Below, piece by piece: positions 28,869-32,000 of a stretch of DNA of 32,000 nt (the stretch's first letter is position 1; each line of letters opens with the position of its first letter). Below the pieces are notes generated by a model. The model had not been told where the DNA came from and did no database searches. It saw only the letters and a program-made list of their open reading frames with translations. The position numbers and the translations under genes are program-made. Source of the stretch: Psychrobacter cryohalolentis K5 (GTDB lineage Bacteria; Pseudomonadota; Gammaproteobacteria; Pseudomonadales; Moraxellaceae). Where the stretch lies: positions 2,160,001 through 2,192,000 of the forward strand of contig NC_007969.1 of the NCBI RefSeq assembly GCF_000013905.1. Direction: 5' to 3'.

Positions 28869-30191
28869 TCAACGACCTGAGCTTGGCCAACGAGGATGAT
28901 AGTCATCGACTACGAAAGGATGGGTATGACGTATCCCATTGGGTGTAGGAGATCCAGTAGCATGAGCATGACCTTCTGGCAAATCCGAATGCTCGTGTTC
29001 AATCTCTGTTAAATCAATAGACGGCCAGACTCTAAAAGCCGCCCATACTGCTAGTGCAGCAGCACAGCCTAATACCGCAAAAGCTACCGTCATACTGTAG
29101 CGAGCACCTAGCCAACCAGCCAAAGGATAAAATACTAACCAACTCACATGAGATAAAGCAAACTGAGCGGCAAACAATGCAGGACGATCTTCCTGATGTG
29201 AGGATCGCCATAGCAAGCGTCCAGAGGGAGTTTGGGCAGCAGAATAACCCAAACCTAGCACGAACCATAAGGCCATAAGCGAGTTTTGTCCCATCATCAA
29301 TGTACCAGCAAACATACCCACCACTAACAACCCTACACCGCTTAACATGACCCTACGGTCTGTCAGCTTAACCAGTAGGCTTGGCAAAGCCAATGCAGCA
29401 ATCATAGAGCCTGCACCAAAGCTTGCCAATGCTAATGCGACTGCGCTCTGAGTCAGTCCCATCCCACCCTGAATGATTACCACTGTATTCACAAAGACCA
29501 TAGACGCAGCGGCAGACACAGCAACGTTGACCGCGAGTAATCCGCGCAGTCGAGGGGTAGCTAAATAGATACGAATACCGCGTGTGGTTCTATCATAAAT
29601 GCTACGACGCGCTGGCATAGCATGCGCTGGTAGCGTGACCGATACGACCAATAAGGCAGACGCTAAAAATCCCAGCACCGTTCCCGTAAACAGATTGTGA
29701 AAGCTCATTACTGTCAGCAAGGCTGCCGCTAACATAGGACTGACCAGACTCTCCATATCGTACGCAAGGCGTGAGAGCGATAAGGCTTTGGTGTAATCTG
29801 CTTCATCAGGCAGAACATCAGGAATAGTGGCTTGAAAGGTCGGCGTGAATGCTGCTGAGGCAGATTGCAATACAAAGATCAGCACGTAAACCTCCCAAAT
29901 CTGGGAGACAAATGGTAAAAGCAGTGCTACACCCGCTCGTATCACGTCCAGCGTTGCCAGCATCGTGCGTTTGGGCAGCCGTTCGGCAAAGGCTGCTGCA
30001 ATTGGTGCAATACCAACATAAGCAACCATCTTGATGGCCAATGCAGTTCCCATAACGACCCCAGCATTATTACCAGCCAAATCAAAAGCTAGTAGCCCAA
30101 GCGCTACAGTAGCTAAACCTGTGCCAATCAGAGCAATCACTTGCGCGGCAAATAAATGGCGATAAGTTCGGTTTGCAAAGATACTGAGCAT
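28869..30191 (-). CDS. MFS transporter with a His-rich cytoplasmic tail (candidate NreB/NrsD-like Ni/Co exporter)
   Basis: 440 aa with about 12 TM segments. The last 48 residues contain 7 His (EIEHEHSDLPEGHAHATGSPTPNGIRHTHPFVVDDYHP). GGAG SD is present. It starts 39 nt downstream of the metal-sensor gene. Hand-counted stretches are about 50-53 % GC against about 42 % in the neighbours. Confidence 0.75.
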   Translation of the reverse strand: MLSIFANRTYRHLFAAQVIALIGTGLATVALGLLAFDLAGNNAGVVMGTALAIKMVAYVGIAPIAAAFAERLPKRTMLATLDVIRAGVALLLPFVSQIWEVYVLIFVLQSASAAFTPTFQATIPDVLPDEADYTKALSLSRLAYDMESLVSPMLAAALLTVMSFHNLFTGTVLGFLASALLVVSVTLPAHAMPARRSIYDRTTRGIRIYLATPRLRGLLAVNVAVSAAASMVFVNTVVIIQGGMGLTQSAVALALASFGAGSMIAALALPSLLVKLTDRRVMLSGVGLLVVGMFAGTLMMGQNSLMALWFVLGLGYSAAQTPSGRLLWRSSHQEDRPALFAAQFALSHVSWLVFYPLAGWLGARYSMTVAFAVLGCAAALAVWAAFRVWPSIDLTEIEHEHSDLPEGHAHATGSPTPNGIRHTHPFVVDDYHPRWPSSGR

Positions 30192-30230
30192 CCAATGTCT
30201 CCAATGCTTCTTTAGATCAGTCGATTGATC

Positions 30231-30509
30231 TTATAGGTAACGGGTTATCTCCTTAAACTCCTCGATAGAATTCTGCTGATCTTTATCAACAGACCCTAAC
30301 AAATCTTCAAGGCAATGATCTAAATGGTCTTGGATTAAAATTTTCTTGGCTTGGTGAATTGCGTTCTCTACCGCTTGCAACTGTTGGGCTACATCAAGGC
30401 AGGTTCGACCCTCAACCAACATCTCTATCGTACTGCTTAGATGACCATTCGCTTTTTTAAGGCGTGTGATAACGGCTGGATGAGAAGCGTGTATGTGCGG
30501 TTTTTTCAT
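30231..30509 (-). CDS. CsoR/RcnR/FrmR-family (DUF156) metal-sensing transcriptional repressor
   Basis: 92 aa with the three-helix pattern RLKKA.GHL..I..M.E....C.DV..QL.AV..A. Candidate ligands are H5, C37, H62 and C66. The C-to-H spacing of 25 and H-to-C spacing of 4 match CsoR and RcnR. Confidence 0.85.
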   Translation of the reverse strand: MKKPHIHASHPAVITRLKKANGHLSSTIEMLVEGRTCLDVAQQLQAVENAIHQAKKILIQDHLDHCLEDLLGSVDKDQQNSIEEFKEITRYL

Positions 30510-30540
30510 AATGACAGTATCCTTCCTCTAGAGAGCGCAA

Positions 30541-30553
30541 TTATACCCTATAA
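30541..30553. promoter_or_regulatory. candidate CsoR/RcnR-type operator, site 2 (TTATA-CCC-TATAA), overlapping the minus-strand -10
   Basis: AT-rich inverted arms flank a C3 tract. It overlaps TATAAT (complement of 30540-30545), about 30 nt upstream of the sensor gene ATG. Confidence 0.5.
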
Positions 30554-30570
30554 GACTTGAGTTTTTACGG

Positions 30571-30600
30571 TTGACATTATCCCCCCCTAGGGGATAGTAT
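30571..30600 (+). promoter_or_regulatory. plus-strand promoter facing the HupE/UreJ gene, with operator site 1 in its spacer
   Basis: TTGACA (30571-30576) and TAGTAT (30595-30600) with an 18-bp spacer. The spacer holds TATCCCC-CCCTA-GGGGATA (30578-30596), which has perfect 7-bp inverted arms and a C7/G4 tract. Confidence 0.55.
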
Positions 30601-30771
30601 CTTACTCCTTAATCGCTTAGTTTGCATTCGAAAAATTCACGATTTTACTTACTAGTCCATAAAAAAATGCTTAGTAACACAAATCATACTTACTCCATTG
30701 GTTAGGATTAACTGTTCTTATCGCATTGCATCACGCAACACATTCATTATTTTCAGACCACAGGATTCTTA

Positions 30772-31512
30772 ATGTATAGCCATGTTTTAAATAGGCTTTC
30801 AAGCTCGCTATGGGCGACTTGGCAGACCCGTCTGTTAGTGTTCTCAGTACTTCTTATTTGTATTCTTACTGGCAGCAATGAAGCGCTTGCTCATGCTGTA
30901 ACCGCAGGGGATAAAGGATATATTCAGGAGATTTCAGGAGTCAATATTTTACCCTTTATGTACTTGGGCGCTAAGCATATGATAACGGGGTATGACCACA
31001 TACTGTTTCTCTTCGGGGTCATCTTTTTTCTCTACCGTATGAAGCACATTGGTATCTATGTGAGCCTATTTGCACTAGGTCATTCCACAACGATGATTTT
31101 AGGCGTGTACTTCAACATCGGTATGAACAGTTATCTGATTGATGCCATTATTGGTCTCTCTGTTGTTTACAAAGCTTTAGATAACATTGGCGCGTATCAA
31201 ACATGGTTCGGGTATCAACCAAACACCAAAATAGCAGTGCTTATATTTGGCCTTTTCCATGGCTTTGGGTTATCAACTAAAATTCTTGAATATGAGATGT
31301 CACCTGACGGTCTACTTCCTAACCTGCTCGCATTTAACATGGGTGTGGAAATTGGGCAACTACTGGCTCTAGCGATCATATTGATTGGTATGAGCTACTG
31401 GCGACGCACGTCAAGTTTCATCCGTAACGCCTATACCGCCAACGTTGCCATGATGAGCGCAGGATTTATTTTAGTGGGCATGCAGCTCACTGGCTATTTA
31501 ATGTCTCAATAA
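30772..31512 (+). CDS. HupE/UreJ_2-family integral membrane protein (putative metal transporter)
   Basis: 246 aa. A signal peptide ends ALA|HAV. GAKHMITGYDHILFLFG matches the H...G.DH.LF signature of HupE/UreJ-type proteins. About 6 TM segments. AGGA SD is present. Confidence 0.75.
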   Translation: MYSHVLNRLSSSLWATWQTRLLVFSVLLICILTGSNEALAHAVTAGDKGYIQEISGVNILPFMYLGAKHMITGYDHILFLFGVIFFLYRMKHIGIYVSLFALGHSTTMILGVYFNIGMNSYLIDAIIGLSVVYKALDNIGAYQTWFGYQPNTKIAVLIFGLFHGFGLSTKILEYEMSPDGLLPNLLAFNMGVEIGQLLALAIILIGMSYWRRTSSFIRNAYTANVAMMSAGFILVGMQLTGYLMSQ

Positions 31513-31528
31513 TCTAAGGATTTCTAAT

Positions 31529-32000
31529 ATGTATAACAGCGATACCCCCTTGCAAGCTGAACTTCCCTCTTCAAAGCAGCTTATGAAATCTACTGTTCTG
31601 GCTGTAATTGCAGCAATCGTTCTTTTATTTACGGTGGTTCTCCCAGCTGAATATGGTATTGACCCAACTGGGGTTGGTAAACTGCTTCGTTTGACAGAAA
31701 TGGGACAGGTTAAGCAGCAATTAGCAGAAGAAGCCGCCGCCGATGCTGCTGGTTTATTAGCAACTGATACACTGGCGTCTGAAACACCAGATATTGATAA
31801 TGTGACCGAACAAGCAGTAGATGCCACACTTTCTGATACTGCTGTCGCTAACGGACAGTGGCGTGATGAAATTCCCTTTACTTTGACACCAGGGGAAGGG
31901 TTAGAGATTAAGATGAAAATGGCTGCAGGTGGCAAGACTGAATACTCTTGGGTCGTGACAGGCGGTGATGTTAACTTCGACACCCATGGTGACGCATCAG
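31529..32000 (+). CDS. membrane-anchored protein of unknown function (single N-terminal TM, acidic linker, beta-rich C-terminal domain); 3' end outside the window
   Basis: TAAGGA SD lies 8 nt before ATG 31529. It reads MYNSDTPLQAELPSSKQLMKSTVLAVIAAIVLLFTVVLPAEYGIDPTGVGKLLRLTEMGQVK..WRDEIPFTLTPGEGLEIKMKMAAGGKTEYSWVVTGGDVNFDTHGD with no stop to 32000. The 161-aa ORF-track entry here is on the opposite strand and has no SD, so I treat it as an artefact. Confidence 0.65.
   Translation, partial: MYNSDTPLQAELPSSKQLMKSTVLAVIAAIVLLFTVVLPAEYGIDPTGVGKLLRLTEMGQVKQQLAEEAAADAAGLLATDTLASETPDIDNVTEQAVDATLSDTAVANGQWRDEIPFTLTPGEGLEIKMKMAAGGKTEYSWVVTGGDVNFDTHGDAS

Noticed and set aside
30192-30230. Near-palindrome GATCAGTCGATTGATC between the sensor gene and the MFS gene.
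   Set aside because: It is a 16-bp dyad with no loop and with a G-T pair. It lies inside a 39-nt intercistronic spacer and may simply be chance or a minor mRNA structure. No comparable site occurs elsewhere in the window.
31498-31983. 161-aa minus-strand ORF in the track (MSKLTSPPVTT..).
   Set aside because: It is antisense to a plus-strand frame that has a TAAGGA SD, an ATG at 31529, a clear TM helix and no stop to the window edge. The minus-strand product is low-complexity (Ser/Ala/Val-rich) and has no SD, so it is treated as a shadow ORF.
22007-32000. Search of the accessory region for a defence or other enzymatic novel system (CRISPR repeats, reverse transcriptase, nucleases, helicases, ATPases, toxin-antitoxin pairs).
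   Set aside because: There are no regularly spaced repeats. Every ORF of 60 aa or more is accounted for as a regulator, transporter, signalling protein, pseudogene or shadow ORF. The long gene-free stretches (23457-23891, 27976-28868) are explained by IS and phage scars. Nothing supports a defence-system call.

Overview
This is a chromosomal window from a moderately AT-rich gammaproteobacterium. The ribosomal-protein and RND-pump sequences look Moraxellaceae/Psychrobacter-like, but that is inference only.

Positions 1-21600 are ordinary core genome: a DUF445 fragment, mrdA (PBP2), rsmD, rplM-rpsI, an LpxL-type lipid A acyltransferase, trpS, scpA-scpB, lolA, rplU-rpmA, ispB, a three-gene AcrAB/AdeIJK-type RND efflux operon, hemB and a Xi-class (YqjG-like) glutathione transferase. 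Most of these units have recognisable sigma70 promoters and rho-independent terminators.

From the tRNA-Val(GAC) gene at 21888 to the right edge the region looks accessory and decayed:
- a short XRE regulator, followed by phage-replication-type genes (DUF1376, lambda-P-like) broken by frameshifts, with no integrase;
- two IS3 scars and one IS630 scar;
- an orphan acidic 110-aa ORF;
- a dCache sensor kinase paired with an output-less tandem-receiver response regulator, bracketed by the IS scars;
- a metal-homeostasis locus.

The metal locus is the best candidate for something under-described. It holds a CsoR/RcnR-family sensor with an InrS-like H-C-H-C ligand fingerprint and a GC-richer MFS exporter with a His-rich tail. 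Divergent from these are a HupE/UreJ_2 membrane protein and a membrane-anchored protein of unknown function. Two G/C-tract dyad operators sit in the shared intergenic region, one on each divergent promoter. An 11-nt core of one operator recurs in the abnormally spaced promoter of the RND pump 18 kb away.

I found no CRISPR array, rRNA, intact transposase or obvious defence-type enzyme. All family calls come from motif recognition by eye, not from database searches.
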